From Macrostomum hystrix (taxonomy: Eukaryota; Animalia; Platyhelminthes), in contig CATNEN010000003.1 of the NCBI GenBank assembly GCA_950097015.1, positions 10,540,001 through 10,604,000 on the forward strand: a DNA stretch of 64,000 nucleotides, read 5' to 3'. How positions within the stretch are numbered: position 1 is the stretch's first letter; every line of letters starts with the position of its first letter. Shown piece by piece: positions 12,201-23,975 of the stretch. The notes under the pieces are model-generated. The model was not told the DNA's origin. It worked only from the letters and a program-made list of their open reading frames with translations, and did not search any database. Made by a program: the position numbers and the translations under genes.

Positions 12201-13063
12201 GATTCGTGCGGCAGTGTGCTGCATGCAGCAGCCTGCGGCCCCGACTGCAGAAGTCCCGAGATGCTTGGCCACCTGCTGATGCTCCATTTCAGCGCATCCA
12301 CATGGACTGGGCCTTCGTGCCCGAGGTGGGCAACATTCTCATTGTAGTGGATTCCTATTCCGGATGGATTGAAGCCTTTCCATCCCGCGACAGGACGGCA
12401 GACAGGGTTATTTGCTCGTTACGTACTGTATTCACGAGATTTGGAGTCCCAGAGGTGGTGGTCTCCGACAACGGACCGGAATTCACGTCTGATGCCCTGC
12501 TGTCCTGGCTGCATGCCAACGGCGCCCGAAAGATGGAAACCCCTCCCTACTCGCCACAATCTAATGGTGCGGCCGAGCGAGCAGTCCAAACTGTCAAGAG
12601 GGCCCTGCAGGCCTGGACACAGAGACTGACCCACTCTGACTTCATTGCGTTTTTGCAGAAGGTTCTGCTTCACCACCGCAACTCGTCAGGTGCAAGGTCA
12701 AAGACACCGGCTGAGCTCGTGTTCGGTCGACGACTTCACGTACCTGTTGTCTCGGCTTTCCAACAAGGTGACCAGGTCGTATACAAGGCCACCGACCACA
12801 CCCCGTCCCGAGGCGCAGAGTTCCTCATGACCCAAGGGCGCAACACATCCTGGTTGCTGACGGACGACAAACTGCGTCTGGCAAGCAACAATCAGATTGC
12901 CCCGATGCTCTCACGCACTTCTGAGGACGACGAGGACGAAAGTCTGGAGCCGCCGGCAGACATGCCTCCCAATGAAACCCCGACACCACCGGCTCCGGTG
13001 GCAGATCAAGTTCCGCGCAGGAGTGACCGAAATCGGCGACAGCCAGACCGATACACACCCTGA
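9275..13063 (+). CDS. Gag-Pol polyprotein (uninterrupted; listed start codon is TTG inside the LTR end)
   Basis: Zinc knuckles CKYCGGSH..C and CSKCSKRNH....C; protease VDTGAS; RT YQDD; RNase H TDAS/EREALAI/TDHQPL; integrase HHCC and D,D(35)E (MDWA, SDNG, AER). Confidence 0.93.
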   Translation: MPKASRLGDLFLGDADRALMWLKAFNALARAKKWTDSTESRQVADNFLASCGLSALEKLTHLVAPKEIDKLTFQEIETALVSYLQPQKRLIVAERTDFFSIRQKAAEPIADYLARLRKAATHCAFDSLKDCASPAEELVRLALISGLYNPEHQRRILGAMQTKDQTISEIVDLIRSCEQINTFVQTCNSVPPVGPAGPLSPPAQHNAATDESVHYSKGGRPTSNGQRIEGCKYCGGSHHAGKCPAYGKTCSKCSKRNHFAAVCRSALTSKSVHHADVPSDASMTPEPSKILHLMDVDLVNAIEVASETLLVDGAKVPMQVDTGASVSVLSSTIWESLGRPPLQKSHRRLEAYDGHTLKTLGKLCSTVEMRGRLHPAEFVVVSSLKPFGLLGRELLDSDSLFHTNSQAPSPTVAATTLPTIKGIKAQMELVEGARSQFCRARPVPIALEKQVNAELDRLQQLGIIEPVEGPVSNASPVVWIKKKDGTLRMCADYKVHVNDKIKPESYPIPSIEHLFGKLKNAKKFAKIDLRSAYWQIELDESAQGISIINTSRGLYRVKRLQMGMKNASFIFQRTMESILSDLKGLLIYQDDIMVYAENVEALQKRLKAVETRLAEKKVTVNEDKCTGICDSISFLGFEISAAGIRPDDKLVDKVRHISTPKTKKEIEQFLGLVNFFGRLIPDYSAKVAPLNELRKASTQFVWSEACARAFENLKKEISSRPIVQPYSLEKEVTLTTDASKGALAGVVTQEGRPVIFISRTLSKAETNYSNIEREALAIFWAVCRLKHYLQGRRFTVQTDHQPLLRLFGGSIPMSSSARISRWALYLMQFDFSVVYVPGSRIPHADALSRLPFDNNSQDPADAFEAINSVAFESPTINPRRIASELDSDPLLQRIIRRVRNGDWHNCTQAEAAFKRNAAALTIENGLLYMHRRAFIPPRLRKEAFDAIHDTHSGTSASYHLLELSCWWPGMQRDVERFVRQCAACSSLRPRLQKSRDAWPPADAPFQRIHMDWAFVPEVGNILIVVDSYSGWIEAFPSRDRTADRVICSLRTVFTRFGVPEVVVSDNGPEFTSDALLSWLHANGARKMETPPYSPQSNGAAERAVQTVKRALQAWTQRLTHSDFIAFLQKVLLHHRNSSGARSKTPAELVFGRRLHVPVVSAFQQGDQVVYKATDHTPSRGAEFLMTQGRNTSWLLTDDKLRLASNNQIAPMLSRTSEDDEDESLEPPADMPPNETPTPPAPVADQVPRRSDRNRRQPDRYTP

Positions 13064-13169
13064 CACTGTGACGGTTGATATGTTGCCCTCCCGATAAGAC
13101 TAACATAGCCACAAAAAAAAAATAGCCACATGCGCTCGTTGTTTTGTTTCATTTGACTGGAGGGAGACA

Positions 13170-13383
13170 TGTTGTGCAGTGTCAAAGCAGCCCGGCCCTA
13201 ACGGCTTTCTCTCTTCTTCTTCTGTCTATGGTCCCGTTAAGCTAAGCTTCGCCTCAACTGTTGCACCCCTTTTACCCCCCCAAGCTAAACGTAAGAGTGA
13301 CTACACGGCTTATTCGCACGCGCGGCTTTAACCCAAATACACTCGTTATATTCGCTATAAGAAGCTTCCTTTGAGTCTTGACA
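13170..13383 (+). repeat. 3' LTR
   Basis: Follows the PPT, starts TGTTG, ends GACA, and is followed by the CTCAT target duplication. Confidence 0.95.
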
Positions 13384-13722
13384 CTCATCTTTCCCGTGTC
13401 TCATCTCTCCTGTGTCTCATCTCTCCCGTGTCTCATCTCTCCAGTGTCTTATCTCTCCTGTGTCTCATCTCTCCCGTGTCTCATCTCTCCCGTGTCTCAT
13501 CTCTCCCGTGTCTCATCTCTCCCATGTCTCATCTGACCGGTGTCTCATCTCTCCCGTGTCTCATCTCTCCCGTGTCTCATCTCTCCAGTGTCTTATCTCT
13601 CCCGTGTCTCATCTCTCCCGTGTCTCATCTCTCCCGTGTCTCATCTCTCCCGTGTCTCATCTCTCCCCTGCCTCATCTCTCACCGTTCTGATCTTACCTG
13701 TCTAATCTCACCTGTCTCATCT
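13384..13722. repeat. 17-bp minisatellite (TCTCATCTCTCCCGTGT), right part of the Gypsy-interrupted array
   Basis: Same unit as 8933-9066. Confidence 0.92.
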
Positions 13723-14737
13723 CAACTTTCTTATCACACCTACCCCTTTTCTTTGATAGAGATCCCATTTAAAAAATCCTCATTTTTGAGAAATAATTGC
13801 AGGAAAAAATATGTTAAGTTATTACTCATCAGCTCGATCACAAGCCTCTTGTTGGTCAGCCAAAATGCATTTTTAGCTTTGGAAGAATCGTCAGTCATTT
13901 TTTTTCACTAAAACCTGGACCCTCCGCCAACTCTCTATCTTCTTTTAGTTGCTAAGGCGGTCTTTTGTCTTCACCCATGCAGACACTCGAAATAGATTTC
14001 AAGTGTTAGCACTAGTCAGTTCGCAGCTTTTGCCAGAGAGCTGTGTGGAGTACCTTCGCTTGGTGAGGTGAGCACAGGCAGGATCTTTAGTAACACTGCT
14101 CCGCCTCAAACGTATGTTAAAAATTTGCTGATTTGCTGTTCTCGTTGCATTCGACTGCAAGAGGAAGAAAATTTTTGCAGGCCTTTTCACCCCCCACTCA
14201 ATTTAATATCCAAAAGCTGTTGTGTTGTGTCGGCATTTTCACAATTTAACTTGACTATCAATATATATGATCTCAGGTTTTTCTGCCTATAACCAACCTA
14301 CTCACTGGGTCCACACTCGACTCTGAATATCTGTCAATAAAAGAAGATAGTCACACATATCTCACTATTACAGCTGCGTAGGGGTGCGCTCATTTTTAGA
14401 AGCAATGACAGCTGTTTAACAGGATTGCCAGACTAACTGGAATTATTGTGCTAACTGACGTCTGCACAGATCCCTTCCAGTGACGCTCTTTGCTCAGTTT
14501 CAAGTTTTCAGTTTCTGTTGAGTTGTGTTTTTACTTTTTACTCAATGACTTATACTCGCACACGGGGACCCGTATGTCCATTACCTGGCCTGTCGTGAAT
14601 CAATAGTGAATCCGTTTTATTCTGTTTTTGATTGTTTTGTGCTCATACAAAGCTACATTGCCTTTATTACTTACAATTTTGGAATTTACAAAACTAAATT
14701 CTTATAAAAAAATCTCGCCCTACTGAAATATTTCTGA

Positions 14738-15060
14738 CTCATCTCTCCATGTGTCTCATCTCTCCCTGTCTTATCTCTCCCCTGTGTCATCTCCCCCGTC
14801 TCATCTCTCCCTGTCTTATCTCTCCCCTGTGTCATCTCTCCCCGTCTCATCTCTCCCTATCTTATCTCTATCTGTCTCATCTCTCCCTGTCTTATCTCTC
14901 CCCTGTGTCATATCTCTGTCTTATCTCTCCCTGTCTTTTATCTATCTGTCTCATCTCTCCCTGTCTTATCTCTCTCTGTCTTGTCTCTCCCCAGTCTCTT
15001 CTCTCCCCTGTCTCATCTCTCCCCTGTCTCATTTCTCTCCTGCCTTAAATCTCATCCCTA
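14738..15060. repeat. Degenerate minisatellite of the same TCTCATCTCTCCCTG family
   Basis: Tandem tctcatctctccctg / tcttatctctcccctg copies in the same intron. Confidence 0.88.
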
Positions 15061-15550
15061 TCTCGGTTTAAAGTCACGCAAATTTATTCAGCTGAAATAG
15101 TGTGTGAACATTTAAAATACATATGTTTTCGCGTGTTATAGTGTCAATAAATTAAAAGAAAAACTATTTTATATTCTAGCCTTTCATGCTGCCACACAGT
15201 CTGTTACGAAACTGCCAAATAATAAATTCAAAACAAGAACAGACACCAGAGAACCTTGAGAATTTAAACCGTATCAGTATGAACAAGCTATTCATTTACC
15301 TAGCTATTAAGTTAATTTCTTTTTTAGGCCTTAAAAGTACGAGTAATATCAACTGAATAGTAGTAAGCAAGCCAGAATTGTAATCAAATCTAAAATAAAG
15401 TGCGTGTGAAAGCTATTGTAAGTTGAGAATTTGATTTTGATTTAAATACCAAAATGTCAGTAAAGTTCTTTTAGCTTTAGAATACATTGGCATAAGAGAC
15501 CGAAAGCCTTCAAGATTGGTAAAATCAATCGATAAGCAGTTTAAGCCTAC

Positions 15551-16261
15551 CTGCTTCCTCCCAGAACCAGTTAGAACCAGTTCCAACCGCACTGTGCCAT
15601 CGGACAGATTGTCTTCAATCCGAACAATGCGGCTGTGCACCAGTTGACAGCCGCTAGCAACTTCCTGACTGTCAGATTCACTTTGATACGTCGCAGCCAT
15701 TTCAAAGTCCTGCATTGTGAGTTCTTCTACTCGCTTCGATCGTCCGGCCCAGGTTGACAGGACTGTGCCGCGATAGAACAGACGATTGACTGGCAGTACC
15801 GACGGTTTGAAAACTTGTCGCCCGGTCATTGTTGGCGGCTGCTTCAGTTGCTGCTGATGCTGCTGCTGCTGCTGGACAGGCGAAGGCTGATGTCGATACA
15901 TCGACGTCTGTAGCAATGGCAAGTGCGCAGGTGCCAGAAGTCTATTTGGCAGCTGAGTCTGCAGGGCCGATGATTGATGATGCAGATTAGGCTGAAACTG
16001 TGGATGCTGATGAGTCAGCGACTGCGGCGGATACAGACCCAATGCGGCAGCCAGGGCGGCAGCTTGCAGAGCCCCTGGATGCGGCTGCGGTGATGGCGGC
16101 AGTGGCGGCGGAGGCGGTGGCATTAAAGGCGCCTGAGAGGTAAAAGATTGCGGCCGCCAAATTGTCGGAGTGTTGGTGGCTGCTGCTGCTGCTGTTGATG
16201 AGGCTGTAGCCGATGCTGAACTCGACGCCGACTTATCCATTGTCAATAGACTTCGGCTCAT
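15551..16261 (-). CDS. ATXN1-like: Ataxin-1-like gene, coding exon 1 (Ala/Pro/Gln-rich region plus N-terminal part of AXH domain)
   Basis: ATG at 16261. LFYRGTVLSTWAGRSKRVEELTMQDF...SRIVRIEDN resembles AXH (FMKGSIIQLANGELKKVEDLKTEDF...STVERIEDS). Donor CAG|GTAGGC at 15550 is phase 0 and joins exon 2, giving ~311 aa. Confidence 0.85.
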
Positions 16262-16639
16262 TGTATTGTCTGCAGTTCGAACAAGTTCGAGAATTCGTTT
16301 TTGTGCGTAAAATTCTTAAAAACTAATATTTTTTGTTGGCAAAATTAGATGATTGCTTCCTGCTGAAAGCAGCGCTTCAAGTCTTCCCATACTGGGGGGA
16401 CGGCGGTTTGACGAGCCAGTCAAGGATGCAATTCGCTACATTGTGCCCGCAGCCGCGGACCAATGGGAGGAGGGCCTCAGTGGGTCTTAAAGGGAATTTT
16501 AACTGCAGAACTGCATTAATTTATTTTCTGAAATATGAATGAATTTTTAGATCCGTAACATATCTCTTTGTATGCTATTGGTGAATCCGTTAATCACTTA
16601 TACGAGCTAGATCCTAAAAATACGCTATGATCCTAACTG

Positions 16640-16896
16640 TGATCCACTGGGATCCATACGCTACGATCCATTCAGATCCCAACTGAATCCATTCAGATCC
16701 CATTTGAATTGATTCAGATCCCAGCTGAATTCATTCAGATCCCATTTGAATTCATTCAGATCCCAGCTGAATTCATTCAGATCCCAGCTGAATTCATTCA
16801 GATCCCATTTGAATTCATTCAGATCCCATTTGAATTCATTCAGATCCCAGCTGAATCCATTCAGATCCCATTTAAATTCATTCAGATCCCAGCTGA
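16640..16896. repeat. 21-bp minisatellite (TTCATTCAGATCCCAGCTGAA / ...CCCATTTGAA)
   Basis: About 11 copies. Confidence 0.92.
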
Positions 16897-17342
16897 AAAA
16901 TTCTTATCGCGACGAAATGTCCGTGATATCTAGTTCGTAGTTGGGAAAGTTTTCCTAATATTTTTTTCGGTAGAGATAATTGATCAGCTAAACAAATCTA
17001 ACAGCACATACGCTCGTACTTTGTTCTGCTACAAATCATTTTTAAACGTGCCTTGAAAGCATGCTTATTTTCAGCTTCAAGTGAATAAATTCCTTGAAGA
17101 TTTCTCTCTAAAGATCAGATGGTGTTTATCCCCAGGTTTTCTGCTGCAATTTTATATTTTCCTACGTGCCTAATTCCTATTAAATCTATCACCTTGATAG
17201 TGATGTCAAAGTCAATTTCATAAACTAAATTAATTTTCTTGACACGTATTATTTGTTCTTCTTATTCTGGTCAAAGTTTTATTTATGAGGTAATGCTTAT
17301 TTACACCTCTTATGTTTATGCTAATTTCCTACAGGTTTAAAT

Positions 17343-18176
17343 TTCTCTCCGTCTCCATTTGCCATTCTCTCTGTCTCCATCTGCCATTCTCTCTGTCTCC
17401 ATCTGCCATTCTCTCTGTCTCCATCTGCCATTCTTTCTGTCTCCATCTGCCATTCTCTCTGTCTCCATCTGCCATTCTCTCTGTCTCCATCTGCCATTCT
17501 CTCTGTCTCCATCTGCCATTCTCTCTGTCTCCATCTGCCATTCTCTCTGTCTCCATCTGCCATTCTCTCTGTCTCCATCTGCCATTCTCTGTCTCCATCT
17601 GCCATTCTCTCTGTCTCCATCTGCCATTCTCTCTGTCTCCATCTGCCATTCTCTCTGTCTCCATCTGCCATTCTCTCTGTCTCCATCTGCCATTCTCTCT
17701 GTCTCCATCTGCCATTCTCTCTGTCTCCATCTGCCATTCTCTCTGTCTCCATCTGTCATTCTCTGTCTCCATCTGCCATTCTCTGTCTCCATTTGCCATT
17801 CTCTCTGTCTCCATTTGCCATTCTCTGTCTCCATCTGCCATTCTCTCTGTCTCCATCTGCCATTCTCTCTGTCTCCATCTGCCATTCTCTCTGTCTCCAT
17901 CTGCCATTCTCTCTGTCTCCATCTGCCATTCTCTGTCTCCATCTGCCATTCTCTCTGTCTCCATCTGCCATTCTCTGTCTCCATCTGCCATTCTCTGTCT
18001 CCATTTGCCATTCTCTCTGTCTCCATTTGCCATTCTCTGTCTCCATCTGCCATTCTCTCTGTCTCCATCTGCCATTCTCTCTGTCTCCATCTGCCATTCT
18101 CTCTGTCTCCATCTGCCATTCTCTGTCTCCATCTGCCATTCTCTCTGTCTCCATTTGCCATTCTCTGTCTCCATCT
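17343..18176. repeat. 20/22-bp minisatellite (TCTGTCTCCATCTGCCATTCTC)
   Basis: About 38 copies. Confidence 0.96.
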
Positions 18177-18186
18177 TAATTCTCTA

Positions 18187-18452
18187 TGTTGTAGCCTAGC
18201 GGTTAGGGCGTCGGACTCATGACTTGAAGGTCGGGGGTTCGTTCCCAACTTCACTGGACTAATTTGTGTCTTTTAGCAAGACACTTAACTATGCATTGCT
18301 TCAGTTCACCCAGCGGTTAAATGGGTATCAGCATCAGCTGGGGTAATTGAGGGTGGGTGTAGCGTCCCCCCCAGTCCATGGACTGAACAGCCGTACGCAG
18401 CCTTCAGATGCGCCGCAAAAGCAATAGCTGCGGCTGCGCTGTCGGCTGCAGA
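18187..18452 (+). mobile_element. tRNA-derived SINE with CORE-like central domain (3'-truncated copy)
   Basis: A box TAGCCTAGCGG (18192); B box GGTTCGTTCC (18236); then TGTGTCTTTTAGCAAGACACTTAACT...TTCAGTTCACCCAGCGGTTAAATGGG resembling the MIR/CORE consensus. Homologous copies occur elsewhere in the window. Confidence 0.8.
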
Positions 18453-18849
18453 GTTGATGTCTAAATCAGTTTACCAAGCATGTTCAAACAATGATTAGTT
18501 AATATATAAAGCGAATCCTGTTTCCTAAGTGCAGTGAAATACATTTTATTGAATTATATTTAGCTTTCGTGAGTTGCCAGTGTCTGTTTGCGATTGATTG
18601 ATTGACAACTAAACTAAAAATGGAATACCATGTACAAATCTTCGATTGGCGTCTAATGATTACAAGGCTTAGATAATCACTTTTGGGGCAAGAATTTGTG
18701 CCAAATCGATTGTCTCAGTAGTTTGACACATTTTTGATTTCTTATTTAGGGATCAACTATTGGGAGTTGTTTTATTGCCAAAGCAACAATCAAATAAAAC
18801 AGTATGGAAACTAATTGCTTCACATTTCTTTGTGATGCCGTGAGGTATA

Positions 18850-19200
18850 GAGGGGGAGAGTGAGTTAGATAGAAGTGAGAGAATGGGAGTGAGATTGATA
18901 GGGGGAATGGGATTGATTGTAGAGTGTAAGATTGTTACAAGGGGAAGAGATTGATAAGAGGGGGTGAGATTGATTGGAGGGTGTGAAATTGATAGGAGGA
19001 ATGGGATTGATGATAGTGTGAGATTGTTAGAAGGGGGAGAGATTGATAGGAGGGGGTGAGATTGATTAGAGGGAGTCAGGTTGATAGGAGTGAGTGAGAT
19101 TGATAGAAGGGAGTGAGGTTGATAAGAGGGAGTGAGATTGATAGGAGGGAGTGAGATTGATAGGAGGGAGTGAGATTGATAGGAGGTGGTGGGGGAGGGG
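18850..19200. repeat. Degenerate ~19-bp G-rich minisatellite (GAGTGAGATTGATAGGAGG)
   Basis: Imperfect tandem copies. Confidence 0.82.
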
Positions 19201-19759
19201 AGAGGGACTTTAGAGTGATAAGGAGCAGTGAGAATAACATTAGTTAAAGTTAAATTTAACGGACTTTACCTAAAGAAGGTAAAATATAGTAGGTATAGCC
19301 TTCGATTGGCAAATAGCAAGTTGCGTCAGGCACTATATTTACACCAGTTTAATAGCCAAATGACAAAGCGGATGAAGGTGCATGAAGCCAGTAAATATTG
19401 GAGTAGTAATTAGCTTCGTTCAGCTGTAAATTAGCGACCCAATTTGAATTTGTAAGTGTGTTATTAAAGGTTTCATAGCGCCAGGCAGTGCTTTTGAAGG
19501 CTAATAAAGCTTGACTGGACTGAGGATCGTGAGAAATGTGATTTAACGGAACAAAACTGCCACATACTGTAGTTGGCTGGCTACCACTTCCTCTGACATT
19601 CGTTCAGACATTCGCAAAGCACCGTAATTATTTTAACGACGCGTGCTTTACTCAACAAAATGAATGATCTTAATTTGATTATTATTGATGTTTTAATAAG
19701 GGCATCTTAGAAATGCGCTAATATACTTAATGTAACTTCAACTATCTCTGTTGGACCCC

Positions 19760-20286
19760 ACTCTCACTCCACCCTGTCACTCCTCCCTCTGTCACTCCAA
19801 TCTCTGTCACTCCAATCTCTGTCACTCCACCCTCTGTCACTCCACCGTCTGTCACTCCTCCCTCTGTCACACCAATCTCTGTCACTCCACCCTCTGTCAC
19901 TCCTCCCTCTGTCACTCCACCCACTGTCACACCAATCTCTGTCACTCCACCGTCTGTCACTCCTCCCTCTGTCACACCAATCTCTGTCACTCCACCCTCT
20001 GTCACTCCTCCCTCTGTCACTCCACCCACTGTCACACCAATCTCTGTCACTCCACCGTCTGTCACTCCTCCCTCTGTCACACCAATCTCTGTCACTCCAC
20101 CCTCTGTCACTCCACCCTCTGTCACTCAACCCTCTGTCACTCCACCCTCTGTCACTCTAACCTCTGTCACTCCACTCCTACTGTCACTCCACTCCCTACT
20201 ATTGTCACTCCACTCCTATTGTCACTCCACTCCTATTGTCACTCCACTCCTATTGTCACTCCACTCCTATTGTCACTCCACTCCTC
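19760..20286. repeat. 15-bp minisatellite (CTCTGTCACTCCACC and variants)
   Basis: Tandem copies; the unit lengthens to ~19 bp at the right end. Confidence 0.94.
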
Positions 20287-20687
20287 TTATCCATCTGGCG
20301 CTAACATTTGTTTGACGTAATAAAGTGCAAGCAGATATATTTTTATATAGTGTCCGCCCACAAAATGCTTAGCATAAAATATAATTTAGAAAGTTATTTA
20401 GCATAATAAAGGCCGCATTTAACGATAATATGTCCAGCGAAAAAAATACTTTCAAGTTAGAACACTCCGACTGTCATGTCCTATTTGTATTAGCTCTACC
20501 TGGTCGCTACATTTTACGCATTCTGTCTAACCCAGACAGGTGTATCATTGATAAAGTATTTAGGCATAAAACTGGTTTCAATGACCAGCTGGAGTGTGTG
20601 ACCGTACAATATACACAGAATAAGTTATACTTCTGCATTAATTAGCTCATAACACTGTGCTTTTAGCACACCTTAATGTAACTCAAA

Positions 20688-21750
20688 ACTCCTCGTTCTG
20701 TCACTCCTCTCTCTGTCACTCCTCTCTCTGTCACTCCTCTCTCTGTCACTCCTCTCTCTGTCACTCCTCTCTCTGTCACTCCTCTCTCTGGCACTCCTCT
20801 CTCTGTCACTCCTCTCGTTCTGTCACTCCTCTCGTTCTGTCACTCCTCACGTTCTGTCAGTCCTCTCGTTCTGTCACTCCTCACGTTCTTTCACTCCTCT
20901 CTCTGTCACTCCTCTCTCTGTCACTCCTCTCTCTGTCACTCCTCTCTCTGTCACTCCTCTCTCTGTCACTCCTCTCTCTGGCACTCCTCTCTCTGTCACT
21001 CCTCTCGTTCTGTCACTCCTCTCGTTCTGTCACTCCTCACGTTCTGTCAGTCCTCTCGTTCTGTCACTCCTCACGTTCTTTCACTCCTCTCTCTGTCACT
21101 CCTCTCTCTGTCACTCCTCTCTCTGTCACTCCTCTCTCTGTCACTCCTCTCGTTCTGTCAGTCCTCTCGTTCTGTCAGTCCTCACGTTCTGTCACTCCTC
21201 TCGTTCTGTCACTCCTCACGTTCTGTCAGTCCTCTCGTTCTGTCACTCCTCACGTTCTTTCACTCCTCTCTCTGTCACTCCTCTCTTTGTCACTCCTCTC
21301 TCTGTCACTCCTCTCTCTGTCACTCCTCTCTCTGTCACTCCTCTCGTTCTGTCACTCCTCACGTTCTGTCACTCCTCTCTCTGTCACTCCTCTCTCTGTC
21401 ACTCCTCTGTCTGTCACTCCTCTCGTTCTGTCACTCCTCACGTTCTGTCAGTCCTCTCGTTCTGTCACTCCTCTCTCTGTCACTCCTCTCTCTGTCACTC
21501 CTCTCTCTGTCACTCCTCTCGTTCTGTCACTCCTCACGTTCTGTCAGTCCTCTCGTTCTGTCAGTCCTCACGTTCTTTCACTCCTCTCTCTGTCACTCCT
21601 CTCGTTCTGTCACTCCTCTCTCTGTCACTCCTCTCGTTCTGTCACTCCTCTCGTTCTGTCACTCCTCTCGTTCTGTCAGTCCTCTCCTTCTGTCACTCCT
21701 TTCTCATTCTGTCACTCCACACTCATTCTGCCCTAACCATCTGTCACTCG
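20688..21750. repeat. 15/17-bp minisatellite (CTCTGTCACTCCTCT / GTTCTGTCACTCCTCTC)
   Basis: Tandem copies sharing the CTGTCACTCC core with the preceding array. Confidence 0.95.
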
Positions 21751-22172
21751 TTCTCCAGTACCCGGTAGCTAAAACTCCGCCCACCACGCTACTAAAGATG
21801 CTGGTTTTTAAACTAATACAGAACAGCAATTAGCGACCAAATTCTGTTAAAATTATAACAGCCAATTAAATCTAAAATTCCTTCGCTTAACAGAATAAAG
21901 CACGGGTTAAGGGTTGTTATCTAACTCAAGTATTTGACGCATCCGATCTTATCAATGTAATGTAACTCCTATCTGTCTTAAATTAAAGCTATACAGTCGC
22001 CTTAGAAACAGATAATGAAGACACGCAGCCCCTGATCAGTCTTGTTATGCTGTAACTTATTACAACTAAAAAAACTATTTTTAAACATTACGTTATGCCT
22101 GACAACTTGATTGTGGAACTTCTGTCAAATTTTAATGGATCTTTACTCCGATGGGTAGCTAAGTAGTCTAAG

Positions 22173-23260
22173 CTACTACTCACGAAACTACTCACTAATC
22201 CATTCTCATATCTACTCACGAATCCTGTCTCATATCTACTCATGAATCCTGTCTCATATCTACTCACGAATCCTGTCTCATATCTACTCACTAATCCTGT
22301 CTCATATCTACTCACGAATCCTGTCTCATATCTACTCACGAATCCTGTCTCATATCTACTCACGAATCCTGTCTCATATCTACTCACTAATCCTGTCTCA
22401 TATCTACTCACGAATCCACTATCATATCTACTCACGAATCCACTCTCATATCTACTCACTAATCCATTCTCATATCTACTCACGAATCCTGTCTCATATC
22501 TACTCATGAATCCTGTCTCATATCTACTCACTAATCCATTCTCATATCTACTCACGAATCCTGTCTCATATCTACTCATGAATCCTGTCTCATATCTACT
22601 CATGAATCCTGTCTCATATCTACTCATGAATCCTGTCTCATATCTACTCATGAATCCTGTCTCATATCTACTCATGAATCCTGTCTCATATCTACTCACT
22701 AATCCTGTCTCATATCTACTCACGAATCCACTATCATATCTACTCACGAATCCACTCTCATATCTACTCACTAATCCATTCTCATATCTACTCACGAATC
22801 AATTCTCATATCTACTCACGAATCCATTCTCATATCTACTCACTAATCCATTCTCATATCTACTTACGAATCCTGTCTCATATCTACTCACGAATCAATT
22901 CTCATATCTACTCACTAATCCTGTCTCACTAATCCTGTCTCATATCTACTAACTAATCCATTCTCATATCTACTCACGAATCCTGTCTCATATCTACTCA
23001 CTAATCCTGTCTCATATCTACTCACGAATCCACTATCATATCTACTCACGAATCCACTATCATATCTACTCACGAATCCACTCTCATATCTACTCACTAA
23101 TCCATTCTCATATCTACTCACGAATCAATTCTCATATCTACTCACTAATCCATTCTCATATCTACTTACGAATCCTGTCTCATATCTACTCACTAATCCA
23201 TTAATCCATTCTCATATCTACTCACCGATCTGTACTCACATCTACTCTCCTATCTACTCA
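22173..23260. repeat. 24-bp minisatellite (CTCATATCTACTCACGAATCCTGT)
   Basis: About 44 copies. Confidence 0.96.
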
Positions 23261-23590
23261 CAGACAACGTTTAAAGAACCGAATAATTGCAGTTCCATTA
23301 AAAACGTAATTATAAAATTATTTAAAATATCTGTCAAAGATATCTAAAAAGCAATATGATTAGTAAGGCTTACTCTCATAGTAGCGACAGTTGCTGATGG
23401 GACTTTTACCGTCTATTTATTTTGTATCCAGTAAAGCTAGTCAGTGTAAGAAATTCTGACCATTTGTAAGGCTATGGCTTATTTAATTATATATATATAT
23501 TTTTTTTTATTTAAAGCCTTAGGCCCTGGACTATTGGACTACAATGTAAGTCGGACTATGAATGGGTATAGATATTCGTCTGTACAACGT

Positions 23591-23634
23591 ACACACTCTC
23601 ACACACACAGATACACACACACACACACACACAC
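23591..23634. repeat. (CA)n microsatellite, interrupted
   Basis: Read directly. Confidence 0.85.
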
Positions 23635-23975
23635 CAATTGCAGGTTAATTACTCGAATTCAGATTCAATAATATTTGGCAACGCAGCAACCAGGTCTAGG
23701 GTGTGCAACACCCACTCAAACAAACTCTACCCCAGACAGCTACCCTCTGTCTCTCTCTCCGAACTAAACAGAAAATTCACGACGCCCAGAGAGCAAAGCG
23801 TTCTTCAGAAATATTTCACTTTATTTCACTAGGCTTGAACGAGATTTTGTACGGCAGGGTCATTCTTTACCTCGGGTGCCTGCAGTAACAAGCATCTAAG
23901 AATTAGAAATAAAACTATTTGTCTCGCCAACTACGCTGCGATGTCTACAATTTTTGTTGTTGCTTTTTTGTTTAC

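Larger units (their letters stand above)
9067..13383 (+). mobile_element. Ty3/Gypsy LTR retrotransposon (Mag-like, single gag-pol ORF), recent insertion
   Basis: Direct repeats 9067-9280 and 13170-13383 (214 bp, TG...CA, one mismatch); CTCAT target duplication at 9062-9066 and 13384-13388; PPT GGAGGGAGA at 13159-13167; PR-RT-RH-IN order. Confidence 0.97.

Noticed and set aside
9611-13112. Antisense and alternative-frame ORFs inside the Gypsy element
   Set aside because: Shadow ORFs of GC-rich gag-pol with no motifs.
18187-18255. tRNA gene
   Set aside because: A and B boxes are present, but there is no proper acceptor or anticodon stem and it runs into the CORE block, so it is a SINE head.
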